DNA of 64,000 bases from the human T2T-CHM13v2.0 reference genome, Homo sapiens. Each line of letters starts with the position of its first letter. Position 1 is the stretch's first letter. Where the stretch lies: the NCBI RefSeq assembly GCF_009914755.1, contig NC_060939.1; one strand, given 5' to 3'. The position numbers and the translations under genes are program-made. Below are positions 13,601-28,100 of this stretch, one piece after another. A model generated the notes under the pieces. That model was not told where the DNA came from and made no database searches. It was given only the letters and a program-made list of their open reading frames with translations.

Positions 13601-16600
13601 GAGTCCACTCCATTCCATTCCATTCCATTCCATTCAGTTCCATTCCATTCTGTTCCATTCCATTCCGTTCCATTACATTCCATTCCATTCGGTACCATTC
13701 CATATTGTTCCATTCGATTCCATTCGAATCCATTCCATTCCAGTCCATTCCATTCGATTCCATTCCATTCATTTCAATTCCATTCCATTCCATTCCATTC
13801 CATTCCACTTGATTCCTCTCCATTCCCTTCCACTGCATTCCGTTCGATTCCATTCCATTGCATTGCATTCCATTCCATTGGATTGCATTCCATTCGATTC
13901 CATTCCATTCGAATCAATTACATAGCAATCCATTACATTCGAGTCTATTCTATTCCGTTCCATTCGATTTCGTTCCAATCCATTCGATTCCATTCCATTC
14001 GATTCCATTCCATACTATTGCATTCCATTCGATTACATTATATTTGAATAAGTTCCATTCAAGACCATTTCTTTTGAGTCCATTCTATTTGAGTCCATTC
14101 CCTTTGATTCCATAACATTTGAGTCCATTCAATTCCATTCCTTTCGTTTCCATTCCATTTGATGCCATTCCATTCAATTCTGTTCTACTCGACTCCAATA
14201 CATTCAATTCCATTCCATCCGATTCCATTACATTCTTTTCATTTCTTATCCATTTCAAGCCATTCCACTCCATTCCATTCCACTCGTTTCCTTTCCATTC
14301 GAGTCCATTCCTCTCCAGTCCATTCCGTTCAATCCATTCCATTCCAGTCCATTCCATTCGAGTCCGTTCCATTCCAGTCCATTCCATTCGAGTCAATTCC
14401 ATTCCATTCGATGTCTTTCCATAACGATCCATTCCATTCTATTCCTTTCGATTCCATTCCATTCTATTTCATTCCATTCGATTCCCTTCCATTGGACTCC
14501 TTTCCATTCGAGTGCATTCCATTCCTTTCCATTTCTTTCCGTTCTGTACGATTCCTACCGTTCGATTTCATTTTGTTCCAGTCCATTCCTTTCGCGTCCA
14601 TTCCATTCCATTTCACTCCATTCGATTCCATTCCACTCGATTCCACTTCGTTCCATTTCATTGCATTCCATTCTATTCAACTCTATTGCCTTCCATTCCA
14701 TTCCATTCGATTACATTCCATGCGATTCCATTCGAAATCGAATCAATTACATTGCAATCCATTACTATTGAGTCCGTTTTATTCCAGTCCACTGCATTCT
14801 GGTCCATTCCATTTGATTCCATTCCATTCTATTCCATTCCATACAGTTGCATTCCATTGGATTCCATGCTATATCTATAAATTCAATTCGAGACCATTGC
14901 TTTTGAGTCCATTCTATATGATTCCATTCCATTCAAGTCCATTACATTTGGTTCAATTCCATTCCATTCCATTCCCTTCCATTCCATTCCATTTGATATC
15001 AATCCATTCGATTCCATTCCATTCGAGCACATTCCATTCGAGTCCATTCCATTCGATGCCATTCCATTTGATTCTATTCCATTAGTCTCCATTCAATTCC
15101 ATTAATCTCCATTCCATTCCATTCTACTCCAACTGATTCCATTCCATTCTATTCCTTTCCATTCCATTTCATTCCATTCCATTCCATTTCATTCCATTCC
15201 ATTCCATTTCATTCCATTCCATTCCATTCGTGTCCATTCCACTCCAGTCCATTCCATTCGTGTCCATTCCATTCCAGTCCATTCCATTTGTGTCCACTGC
15301 ATTCCATTCCACTCCATTCCATATTATTCCATTACACTCCATTCCATTCTATTACTTTCATTTCCATTCAATTCCATTCCATTTGATTCCATTCCACTCG
15401 GTTTCATTCCATTTGAGTCCACTCCATTCCATTCCATTCCATTCCATTCAGTTCCATTCCATTCTGTTCCATTCCATTCCGTTCCATTACATTCCATTCC
15501 ATTCGGTACCATTCCATATTGTTCCATTCGATTCCATTCGAATCCATTCCATTCCAGTCCATTCCATTCGATTCCATTCCATTCATTTCAATTCCATTCC
15601 ATTCCATTCCATTACATTCCACTTGATTCCTCTCCATTCCCTTCCACTGCATTCCGTTCGATTCCATTCCATTGCATTGCATTCCATTCCATTGGATTGC
15701 ATTCCATTCGATTCCATTCCATTCGAATCAATTACATAGCAATCCATTACATTCGAGTCTATTCTCTTCCGTTCCATTCGATTTCGTTCCAATCCATTCG
15801 ATTCCATTCCATTCGATTCCATTCCATACTATTGCATTCCATTCGATTACATTATATTCGAATAAGTTCCATTCAAGACCATTTCTTTTGAGTCCATTCT
15901 ATTTGAGTCCATTCCCTTTGATTCCATAACATTTGAGTCCATTCAATTCCATTCCTTTCGTTTCCATTCCATTTGATGCCATTCCATTCAATTCTGTTCT
16001 ACTCGACTCCAATACATTCAATTCCATTCCATCCGATTCCATTACATTCTTTTCATTTCTTATCCATTTCAAGCCATTCCACTCCATTCCATTCCACTCG
16101 TTTCCTTTCCATTCGAGTCCATTCCTCTCCAGTCCATTCCGTTCAATCCATTCCATTCCCGTCCATTCCATTCGAGTCCGTTCCATTCCAGTCCATTCCA
16201 TTCGAGTCAATTCCATTCCATTCGATGTCTTTCCATAACGATCCATTCCATTCTATTCCTTTCGATTCCATTCCATTCTATTTCATTCCATTCGATTCCC
16301 TTCCATTGGACTCCTTTCCATTCGAGTGCATTCCATTCCGTTCCATTTCTTTCCGTTCTGTACGATTCCTACCGTTCGATTTCATTTTGTTCCAGTCCAT
16401 TCCTTTCGCGTCCATTCCATTCCATTTCACTCCATTCGATTCCATTCCATTCGATTCCATTCTACTCGATTCCACTTCGTTCCATTTCATTGCATTCCAT
16501 TCTATTCAACTCTATTGCCTTCCATTCCATTCCATTCGATTACATTCCATGCGATTCCATTCGAAATCGAATCAATTACATTGAAATTCATTACTATTTA

Positions 16601-17769
16601 GTCCGTTTTATTCCAGTCCACTGCATTCTGGTCCATTCCATTTGATTCCATTCCATTCTATTCCATTCCATACAGTTGCATTCCATTGGATTCCATGCTA
16701 TATCTATAAATTCAATTCGAGACCATTGCTTTTGAGTCCATTCTATATGATTCCATTCCATTCAAGTCCATTACATTTGGTTCAATTCCATTCCATTCCA
16801 TTCCCTTCCATTCCATTCCATTTGATATCAATCCATTCAATTCCATTCCATTCGAGCACATTCCATTCGAGTCCATTCCATTCGATGCCATTCCATTTGA
16901 TTCTATTCCATTAGTCTCCATTCAATTCCATTAATCTCCATTCCATTCCATTCTACTCCAACTGATTCCATTCCATTCTATTCCTTTCCATTCCATTTCA
17001 TTCCATTCCATTCCATTTCATTCCAATCCATTCCATTCGTGTCCATTCCACTCCAGTCCATTCCATTCGTGTCCATTCCATTCCAGTCCATTCCATTTGT
17101 GTCCACTGCATTCCATTCCACTCCATTCCATATTATTCCATTACACTCCATTCCATTCTATTACTTTCATTTCCATTCAATTCCATTCCATTTGATTCCA
17201 TTCCACTCGGTTTCATTCCATTTGAGTCCACTCCATTCCATTCCATTCCATTCCATTCAGTTCCATTCCATTCTGTTCCATTCCATTCCGTTCCATTACA
17301 TTCCATTCCATTCGGTACCATTCCATATTGTTCCTTTCGATTCCATTCGAATCCATTCCATTCCAGTCCATTCCATTCGATTCCATTCCATTCATTTCAA
17401 TTCCATTCCATTCCATTCCATTACATTCCACTTGATTCCTCTCCATTCCCTTCCACTGCATTCCGTTCGATTCCATTCCATTGCATTGCATTCCATTCCA
17501 TTGGATTGCATTCCATTCGATTCCATTCCATTCGAATCAATTACATAGCAATCCATTACATTCGAGTCTATTCTCTTCCGTTCCATTCGATTTCGTTCCA
17601 ATCCATTCGATTCCATTCCATTCGATTCCATTCCATACTATTGCATTCCATTCGATTACATTATATTCGAATAAGTTCCATTCAAGACCATTTCTTTTGA
17701 GTCCATTCTATTTGAGTCCATTCCCTTTGATTCCATAACATTTGAGTCCATTCAATTCCATTCCTTTCA

Positions 17770-20700
17770 TTTCCATTCCATTTGATGCCATTCCATTCAA
17801 TTCTGTTCTACTCGACTCCAATACATTCAATTCCATTCCATCCGATTCCATTACATTCTTTTCATTTCTTATCCATTTCAAGCCATTCCACTCCATTCCA
17901 TTCCACTCGTTTCCTTTCCATTCGAGTCCATTCCTCTCCAGTCCATTCCGTTCAATCCATTCCATTCCAGTCCATTCCATTCGAGTCCGTTCCATTCCAG
18001 TCCATTCCATTCGAGTCAATTCCATTCCATTCGATGTCTTTCCATAACGATCCATTCCATTCTATTCCTTTCGATTCCATTCCATTCTATTTCATTCCAT
18101 TCGATTCCCTTCCATTGGACTCCTTTCCATTCGAGTGCATTCCATTCCGTTCCATTTCTTTCCGTTCTGTACGATTCCTACCGTTCGATTTCATTTTGTT
18201 CCAGTCCATTCCTTTCGCGTCCATTCCATTCCATTTCACTCCATTCGATTCCATTCCATTCGATTCCATTCTACTCGATTCCACTTCGTTCCATTTCATT
18301 GCATTCCATTCTATTCAACTCTATTGCCTTCCATTCCATTCCATTCGATTACATTCCATGCGATTCCATTCGAAATCGAATCAATTACATTGAAATTCAT
18401 TACTATTTAGTCCGTTTTATTCCAGTCCACTGCATTCTGGTCCATTCCATTTGATTCCATTCCATTCTATTCCATTCCATACAGTTGCATTCCATTGGAT
18501 TCCATGCTATATCTATAAATTCAATTCGAGACCATTGCTTTTGAGTCCATTCTATATGATTCCATTCCATTCAAGTCCATTACATTTGGTTCAATTCCAT
18601 TCCATTCCATTCCCTTCCATTCCATTCCATTTGATATCAATCCATTCAATTCCATTCCATTCGAGCACATTCCATTCGAGTCCATTCCATTCGATGCCAT
18701 TCCATTTGATTCTATTCCATTAGTCTCCATTCAATTCCATTAATCTCCATTCCATTCCATTCTACTCCAACTGATTCCATTCCATTCTATTCCTTTCCAT
18801 TCCATTTCATTCCATTCCATTCCATTTCATTCCATTCCATTCCATTCGTGTCCATTCCACTCCAGTCCATTCCATTCGTGTCCATTCCATTCCAGTCCAT
18901 TCCATTTGTGTCCACTGCATTCCATTCCACTCCATTCCATATTATTCCATTACACTCCATTCCATTCTATTACTTTCATTTCCATTCAATTCCATTCCAT
19001 TTGATTCCATTCCACTCGGTTTCATTCCATTTGAGTCCACTCCATTCCATTCCATTCCATTCCATTCCATTCAGTTCCATTCCATTCTGTTCCATTCCAT
19101 TCCATTCCATTCGGTACCATTCCATAGTGTTCCATTCGATTCCATTCGAATCCATTCCATTCCAGTCCTTTCCATTCGATTCCATTCCATTCATTTCAAT
19201 TCCATTCCATTCCATTCCATTCCATTCCACTTGATTCCTCTCCATTCCCTTCCACTGCATTCCGTTCGATTCCATTCCATTGCATTGCATTCCATTCCAT
19301 TGGATTGCATTCCATTCGATTCCATTCCATTCGAATCAATTACATAGCAATCCATTACATTCGAGTCTATTCTCTTCCGTTCCATTCGATTTCGTTCCAA
19401 TCCATTCGATTCCATTCCATTCGATTCCATTCCATACTATTGCATTCCATTCGATTAAATTATATTCGAATAAGTTCCATTCAAGACCATTTCTTTTGAG
19501 TCCATTCTATTTGAGTCCATTCCCTTTGATTCCATAACATTTGAGTCCATTCAATTCCATTCCTTTCGTTTCCATTCCATTTGATGCCATTCCATTCAAT
19601 TCTGTTCTACTCGACTCCAATACATTCAATTCCATTCCATCCAATTCCATTACATTCTTTTCATTTCTTATCCATTTCAAGCCATTCCACTCCATTCCAT
19701 TCCACTCGTTTCCTTTCCATTCGAGTCCATTCCTCTCCAGTCCATTCCGTTCAATCCATTCCATTCCAGTCCATTCCATTCGAGTCCGTTCCATTCCATT
19801 CGATGTCTTTCCATAACGATCCATTCCATTCTATTCCTTTCGATTCCATTCCATTCTATTTCATTCCATTCGATTCCCTTCCATTGGACTCCTTTCCATT
19901 CGAGTGCATTCCATTCCGTTCCATTTCTTTCCATTCTGTACGATTCCTACCGTTCGATTTCATTTTGTTCCAGTCCATTCCTTTCGCGTCCATTCCATTC
20001 CATTTCACTCCATTCGATTCCATTCCACTCGATTCCACTTTGTTCCATTTCATTGCATTCCATTCTATTCAACTCTATTGCCCTCCATTCCATTCCATTC
20101 GATTACATTCCATGCGATTCCATTCGAAATCGAATCAATTACATTGCAATCCATTACTATTGAGTCCGTTTTATTCCAGTCCACTGCATTCTGGTCCATT
20201 CCATTTGATTCCATTCCATTCTATTCCATTCCATACAGTTGCATTCCATTGGATTCCATTCTATATCTATAAATTCAATTCGAGACCATTGCTTTTGAGT
20301 CCATTCTATATGATTCCATTCCATTCAAGTCCATTACATTTGGTTCAATTCCATTCCATTCCATTCCCTTCCATTCCATTCCAGTTGATATCAATCCATT
20401 CGATTCCATTCCATTCGAGCACATTCCATTCGAGTCCATTCCATTCGATGCCATTCCATTTGATTCTATTCCATTAGTCTCCATTCAATTCCATTAATCT
20501 CCATTCCATTCCATTCTACTCCAACTGATTCCATTCCATTCTATTCCTTTCCATTCCATTTCATTCCATTCCATTCCATTTCATTCCATTCCATTCCATT
20601 CGTGTCCATTCCACTCCAGTCCATTCCATTCGTGTCCATTCCATTCCAGTCCATTCCATTTGTGTCCACTGCATTCCATTCCACTCCATTCCATATTATT

Positions 20701-23700
20701 CCATTACACTCCATTCCATTCTATTACTTTCATTTCCATTCAATTCCATTCCATTTGATTCCATTCCACTCGGTTTCATTCCATTTGAGTCCACTCCATT
20801 CCATTCCATTCCATTCCATTCAGTTCCATTCCATTCTGTTCCATTCCATTCCGTTCCATTACATTCCATTCCATTCGGTACCATTCCATATTGTTCCATT
20901 CGATTCCATTCGAATCCATTCCATTCCAGTCCATTCCATTCGATTCCATTCCATTCATTTCAACTCCATTCCATTCCATTCCATTCCATTCCAATTGATT
21001 CCTCTCCATTCCCTTCCACTGCATTCCGTTCGATTCCATTCCATTGCATTGCATTCCATTCCATTGGATTGCATTCCATTCGATTCCATTCCATTCGAAT
21101 CAATTACATAGCAATCCATTACATTCGAGTCTATTCTCTTCCGTTCCATTCGATTTCGTTCCAATCCATTCGATTCCATTCCATTCGATTCCATTCCATA
21201 CTATTGCATTCCATTCGATTACATTATATTCGAATAAGTTCCATTCAAGACCATTTCTTTTGAGTCCATTCTATTTGAGTCCATTCCCTTTGATTCCATA
21301 ACATTTGAGTCCATTCAATTCCATTCCTTTCGTTTCCATTCCATTTGATGCCATTCCATTCAATTCTGTTCTACTCGACTCCAATACATTCAATTCCATT
21401 CCATCCGATTCCATTACATTCTTTTCATTTCTTATCCATTTCAAGCCATTCCACTCCATTCCATTCCACTCGTTTCCTTTCCATTCGAGTCCATTCCTCT
21501 CCAGTCCATTCCGTTCAATCCATTCCATTCCAGTCCATTCCATTCGAGTCCGTTCCATTCCAGTCCATTCCATTCGAGTCAATTCCATTCCATTCGATGT
21601 CTTTCCATAACGATCCATTCCATTCTATTCCTTTCGATTCCATTCCATTCTATTTCATTCCATTCGATTCCCTTCCATTGGACTCCTTTCCATTCGAGTG
21701 CATTCCATTCCGTTCCATTTCTTTCCGTTCTGTACGATTCCTACCGTTCGATTTCATTTTGTTCCAGTCCATTCCTTTCGCGTCCATTCCATTCCATTTC
21801 ACTCCATTCGATTCCATTCCATTCGATTCCATTCTACTCGATTCCACTTCGTTCCATTTCATTGCATTCCATTCTATTCAACTCTATTGCCTTCCATTCC
21901 ATTCCACTCGATTACATTCCATGCGATTCCATTCGAAATCGAATCAATTACATTGAAATTCATTACTATTTAGTCCGTTTTATTCCAGTCCACTGCATTC
22001 TGGTCCATTCCATTTGATTCCATTCCATTCTATTCCATTCCATACAGTTGCATTCCATTGGATTCCATGCTATATCTATAAATTCAATTCGAGACCATTG
22101 CTTTTGAGTCCATTCTATATGATTCCATTCCATTCAAGTCCATTACATTTGGTTCAATTCCATTCCATTCCATTCCCTTCCATTCCATTCCATTTGATAT
22201 CAATCCATTCAATTCCATTCCATTCGAGCACATTCCATTCGAGTCCATTCCATTCGATGCCATTCCATTTGATTCTATTCCATTAGTCTCCATTCAATTC
22301 CATTAATCTCCATTCCATTCCATTCTACTCCAACTGATTCCATTCCATTCTATTCCTTTCCATTCCATTTCATTCCATTCCATTCCATTTCATTCCATTC
22401 CATTCCATTCGTGTCCATTCCACTCCAGTCCATTCCATTCGTGTCCATTCCATTCCAGTCCATTCCATTTGTGTCCACTGCATTCCATTCCACTCCATTC
22501 CATATTATTCCATTACACTCCATTCCATTCTATTACTTTCATTTCCATTCAATTCCATTCCATTTGATTCCATTCCACTCGGTTTCATTCCATTTGAGTC
22601 CACTCCATTCCATTCCATTCCATTCCATTCCATTCAGTTCCATTCCATTCTGTTCCATTCCATTCCATTCCATTCGGTACCATTCCATAGTGTTCCATTC
22701 GATTCCATTCGAATCCATTCCATTCCAGTCCTTTCCATTCGATTCCATTCCATTCATTTCAATTCCATTCCATTCCATTCCATTACATTCCACTTGATTC
22801 CTCTCCATTCCCTTCCACTGCATTCCGTTCGATTCCATTCCATTGCATTGCATTCCATTCCATTGGATTGCATTCCATTCGATTCCATTCCATTCGAATC
22901 AATTACATAGCAATCCATTACATTCGAGTCTATTCTCTTCCGTTCCATTCGATTTCGTTCCAATCCATTCGATTCCATTCCATTCGATTCCATTCCATAC
23001 TATTGCATTCCATTCGATTAAATTATATTCGAATAAGTTCCATTCAAGACCATTTCTTTTGAGTCCATTCTATTTGAGTCCATTCCCTTTGATTCCATAA
23101 CATTTGAGTCCATTCAATTCCATTCCTTTCGTTTCCATTCCATTTGATGCCATTCCATTCAATTCTGTTCTACTCGACTCCAATACATTCAATTCCATTC
23201 CATCCAATTCCATTACATTCTTTTCATTTCTTATCCATTTCAAGCCATTCCACTCCATTCCATTCCACTCGTTTCCTTTCCATTCGAGTCCATTCCTCTC
23301 CAGTCCATTCCGTTCAATCCATTCCATTCCAGTCCATTCCATTCGAGTCCGTTCCATTCCATTCGATGTCTTTCCATAACGATCCATTCCATTCTATTCC
23401 TTTCGATTCCATTCCATTCTATTTCATTCCATTCGATTCCCTTCCATTGGACTCCTTTCCATTCGAGTGCATTCCATTCCGTTCCATTTCTTTCCATTCT
23501 GTACGATTCCTACCGTTCGATTTCATTTTGTTCCAGTCCATTCCTTTCGCGTCCATTCCATTCCATTTCACTCCATTCGATTCCATTCCACTCGATTCCA
23601 CTTTGTTCCATTTCATTGCATTCCATTCTATTCAACTCTATTGCCCTCCATTCCATTCCATTCGATTACATTCCATGCGATTCCATTCGAAATCGAATCA

Positions 23701-25150
23701 ATTACATTGCAATCCATTACTATTGAGTCCGTTTTATTCCAGTCCACTGCATTCTGGTCCATTCCATTTGATTCCATTCCATTCTATTCCATTCCATACA
23801 GTTGCATTCCATTGGATTCCATTCTATATCTATAAATTCAATTCGAGACCATTGCTTTTGAGTCCATTCTATATGATTCCATTCCATTCAAGTCCATTAC
23901 ATTTGGTTCAATTCCATTCCATTCCATTCCCTTCCATTCCATTCCAGTTGATATCAATCCATTCGATTCCATTCCATTCGAGCACATTCCATTCGAGTCC
24001 ATTCCATTCGATGCCATTCCATTTGATTCTATTCCATTAGTCTCCATTCAATTCCATTAATCTCCATTCCATTCCATTCTACTCCAACTGATTCCATTCC
24101 ATTCTATTCCTTTCCATTCCATTTCATTCCATTCCATTCCATTTCATTCCATTCCATTCCATTCGTGTCCATTCCACTCCAGTCCATTCCATTCGTGTCC
24201 ATTCCATTCCAGTCCATTCCATTTGTGTCCACTGCATTCCATTCCACTCCATTCCATATTATTCCATTACACTCCATTCCATTCTATTACTTTCATTTCC
24301 ATTCAATTCCATTCCATTTGATTCCATTCCACTCGGTTTCATTCCATTTGAGTCCACTCCATTCCATTCCATTCCATTCCATTCAGTTCCATTCCATTCT
24401 GTTCCATTCCATTCCGTTCCATTACATTCCATTCCATTCGGTACCATTCCATATTGTTCCATTCGATTCCATTCGAATCCATTCCATTCCAGTCCATTCC
24501 ATTCGATTCCATTCCATTCATTTCAACTCCATTCCATTCCATTCCATTCCATTCCAATTGATTCCTCTCCATTCCCTTCCACTGCATTCCGTTCGATTCC
24601 ATTCCATTGCATTGCATTCCATTCCATTGGATTGCATTCCATTCGATTCCATTCCATTCGAATCAATTACATAGCAATCCATTACATTCGAGTCTATTCT
24701 CTTCCGTTCCATTCGATTTCGTTCCAATCCATTCGATTCCATTCCATTCGATTCCATTCCATACTATTGCATTCCATTCGATTACATTATATTCGAATAA
24801 GTTCCATTCAAGACCATTTCTTTTGAGTCCATTCTATTTGAGTCCATTCCCTTTGATTCCATAACATTTGAGTCCATTCAATTCCATTCCTTTCGTTTCC
24901 ATTCCATTTGATGCCATTCCATTCAATTCTGTTCTACTCGACTCCAATACATTCAATTCCATTCCATCCGATTCCATTACATTCTTTTCATTTCTTATCC
25001 ATTTCAAGCCATTCCACTCCATTCCATTCCACTCGTTTCCTTTCCATTCGAGTCCATTCCTCTCCAGTCCATTCCGTTCAATCCATTCCATTCCAGTCCA
25101 TTCCATTCGAGTCCGTTCCATTCCAGTCCATTCCATTCGAGTCAATTCCA
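17770..25150 (+). repeat. Recent tandem duplication of a two-unit block, period 3563 bp
   Basis: Private variants recur at +3563: a +5 bp insertion (~19050/~22615), CATCCAATT (~19642/~23205), TTCAACTCC (~20964/~24527) and CCAATTGATT (~20993/~24556). Confidence 0.9.
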
Positions 25151-28100
25151 TCCCATTCGATGTCTTTCCATAACGATCCATTCCATTCTATTCCTTTCGA
25201 TTCCATTCCATTCTATTTCATTCCATTCGATTCCCTTCCATTGGACTCCTTTCCATTCGAGTGCATTCCATTCCGTTCCATTTCTTTCCGTTCTGTACGA
25301 TTCCTACCGTTCGATTTCATTTTGTTCCAGTCCATTCCTTTCGCGTCCATTCCATTCCATTTCACTCCATTCGATTCCATTCCACTCGATTCCACTTCGT
25401 TCCATTTCATTGCATTCCATTCTATTCAAATCTATTGCCTTCCATTCCATTCCATTCGATTACATTCCATGCGATTCCATTCGAAATCGAATCAATTACA
25501 TTGCAATCCATTACTATTGAGTCCGTTTTATTCCAGTCCACTGCATTCTGGTCCATTCCATTTGATTCCATTCCATTCTATTCCATTCCATACAGTTGCA
25601 TTCCATTGGATTCCATGCTATATCTATAAATTCAATTCGAGACCATTGCTTTTGAGTCCATTCTATATGATTCCATTCCATTCAAGTCCATTACATTTGG
25701 TTCAATTCCATTCCATTCCATTCCCTTCCATTCCATTCCATTTGATATCAATCCATTCGATTCCATTCCATTCGAGCACATTCCATTCGAGTCCATTCCA
25801 TTCAATGCCATTCCATTTGATTCTATTCCATTAGTCTCCATTCAATTCCATTAATCTCCATTCCATTCCATTCTACTCCAACTGATTCCATTCCATTCTA
25901 TTCCTTTCCATTCCATTTCATTCCATTCCATTCCATTTCATTCCATTCCATTCCATTTCATTCCATTCCATTCCATTCGTGTCCATTCCACTCCAGTCCA
26001 TTCCATTCGTGTCCATTCCATTCCAGTCCATTCCATTTGTGTCCACTGCATTCCATTCCACTCCATTCCATATTATTCCATTACACTCCATTCCATTCTA
26101 TTACTTTCATTTCCATTCAATTCCATTCCATTTGATTCCATTCCACTCGGTTTCATTCCATTTGAGTCCACTCCATTCCATTCCATTGCATTCCATTCAG
26201 TTCCATTCCATTCTGTTCCATTCCATTCCGTTCCATTACATTCCATTCCATTCGGTACCATTCCATATTGTTCCATTCGATTCCATTCGAATCCATTCCA
26301 TTCCAGTCCATTCCATTCGATTCCATTCCATTCATTTCAATTCCATTCCATTCCATTCCATTACATTCCACTTGATTCCTCTCCATTCCCTTCCACTGCA
26401 TTCCGTTCGATTCCATTCCATTGCATTGCATTCCATTCCATTGGATTGCATTCCATTCGATTCCATTCCATTCGAATCAATTACATAGCAATCCATTACA
26501 TTCGAGTCTATTCTCTTCCGTTCCATTCGATTTCGTTCCAATCCATTCGATACCATTCCATTCGATTCCATTCCATACTATTGCATTCCATTCGATTACA
26601 TTATATTCGAATAAGTTCCATTCAAGACCATTTCTTTTGAGTCCATTCTATTTGAGTCCATTCCCTTTGATTCCATAACATTTGAGTCCATTCAATTCCA
26701 TTCCTTTCGTTTCCATTCCATTTGATGCCATTCCATTCAATTCTGTTCTACTCGACTCCAATACATTCAATTCCATTCCATCCGATTCCATTACATTCTT
26801 TTCATTTCTTATCCATTTCAAGCCATTCCACTCCATTCCATTCCACTCGTTTCCTTTCCATTCGAGTCCATTCCTCTCCAGTCCATTCCGTTCAATCCAT
26901 TCCATTCCAGTCCATTCCATTCGAGTCCGTTCCATTCCAGTCCATTCCATTCGAGTCAATTCCATTCCATTCGATGTCTTTCCATAACGATCCATTCCAT
27001 TCTATTCCTTTCGATTCCATTCCATTCTATTTCATTCCATTCGATTCCCTTCCATTGGACTCCTTTCCATTCGAGTGCATTCCATTCCTTTCCATTTCTT
27101 TCCGTTCTGTACGATTCCTACCATTCGATTTCATTTTGTTCCAGTCCATTCCTTTCGCGTCCATTCCATTCCATTTCACTCCATTCGATTCCATTCCACT
27201 CGATTCCACTTCGTTCCATTTCATTGCATTCCATTCTATTCAACTCTATTGCCTTCCATTCCATTCCATTCGATTACATTCCATGCGATTCCATTCGAAA
27301 TCGAATCAATTACATTGCAATCCATTACTATTGAGTCCGTTTTATTCCAGTCCACTGCATTCTGGTCCATTCCATTTGATTCCATTCCATTCTATTCCAT
27401 TCCATACAGTTGCATTCCATTGGATTCCATGCTATATCTATAAATTCAATTCGAGACCATTGCTTTTGAGTCCATTCTATATGATTCCATTCCATTCAAG
27501 TCCATTACATTTGGTTCAATTCCATTCCATTCCATTCCCTTCCATTCCATTCCATTTGATATCAATCCATTCGATTCCATTCCATTCGAGCACATTCCAT
27601 TCGAGTCCATTCCATTCGATGCCATTCCATTTGATTCTATTCCATTAGTCTCCATTCAATTCCATTAATCTCCATTCCATTCCATTCTACTCCAACTGAT
27701 TCCATTCCATTCTATTCCTTTCCATTCCATTTCATTCCATTCCATTCCATTTCATTCCATTCCATTCCATTCGTGTCCATTCCACTCCAGTCCATTCCAT
27801 TCGTGTCCATTCCATTCCAGTCCATTCCATTTGTGTCCACTGCATTCCATTCCACTCCATTCCATATTATTCCATTACACTCCATTCCATTCTATTACTT
27901 TCATTTCCATTCAATTCCATTCCATTTGATTCCATTCCACTCGGTTTCATTCCATTTGAGTCCACTCCATTCCATTCCATTCCATTCCATTCAGTTCCAT
28001 TCCATTCTGTTCCATTCCATTCCGTTCCATTACATTCCATTCCATTCGGTACCATTCCATATTGTTCCATTCGATTCCATTCGAATCCATTCCATTCCAG

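Noticed and set aside
17770-25150. Identification as the Y-chromosome DYZ1 array because of the 3563-bp period
   Set aside because: The fundamental period is 1794 bp and the 3563 period is a local 1809+1754 dimer. No HaeIII GGCC site was seen, and EcoRI was seen only once rather than once per repeat.
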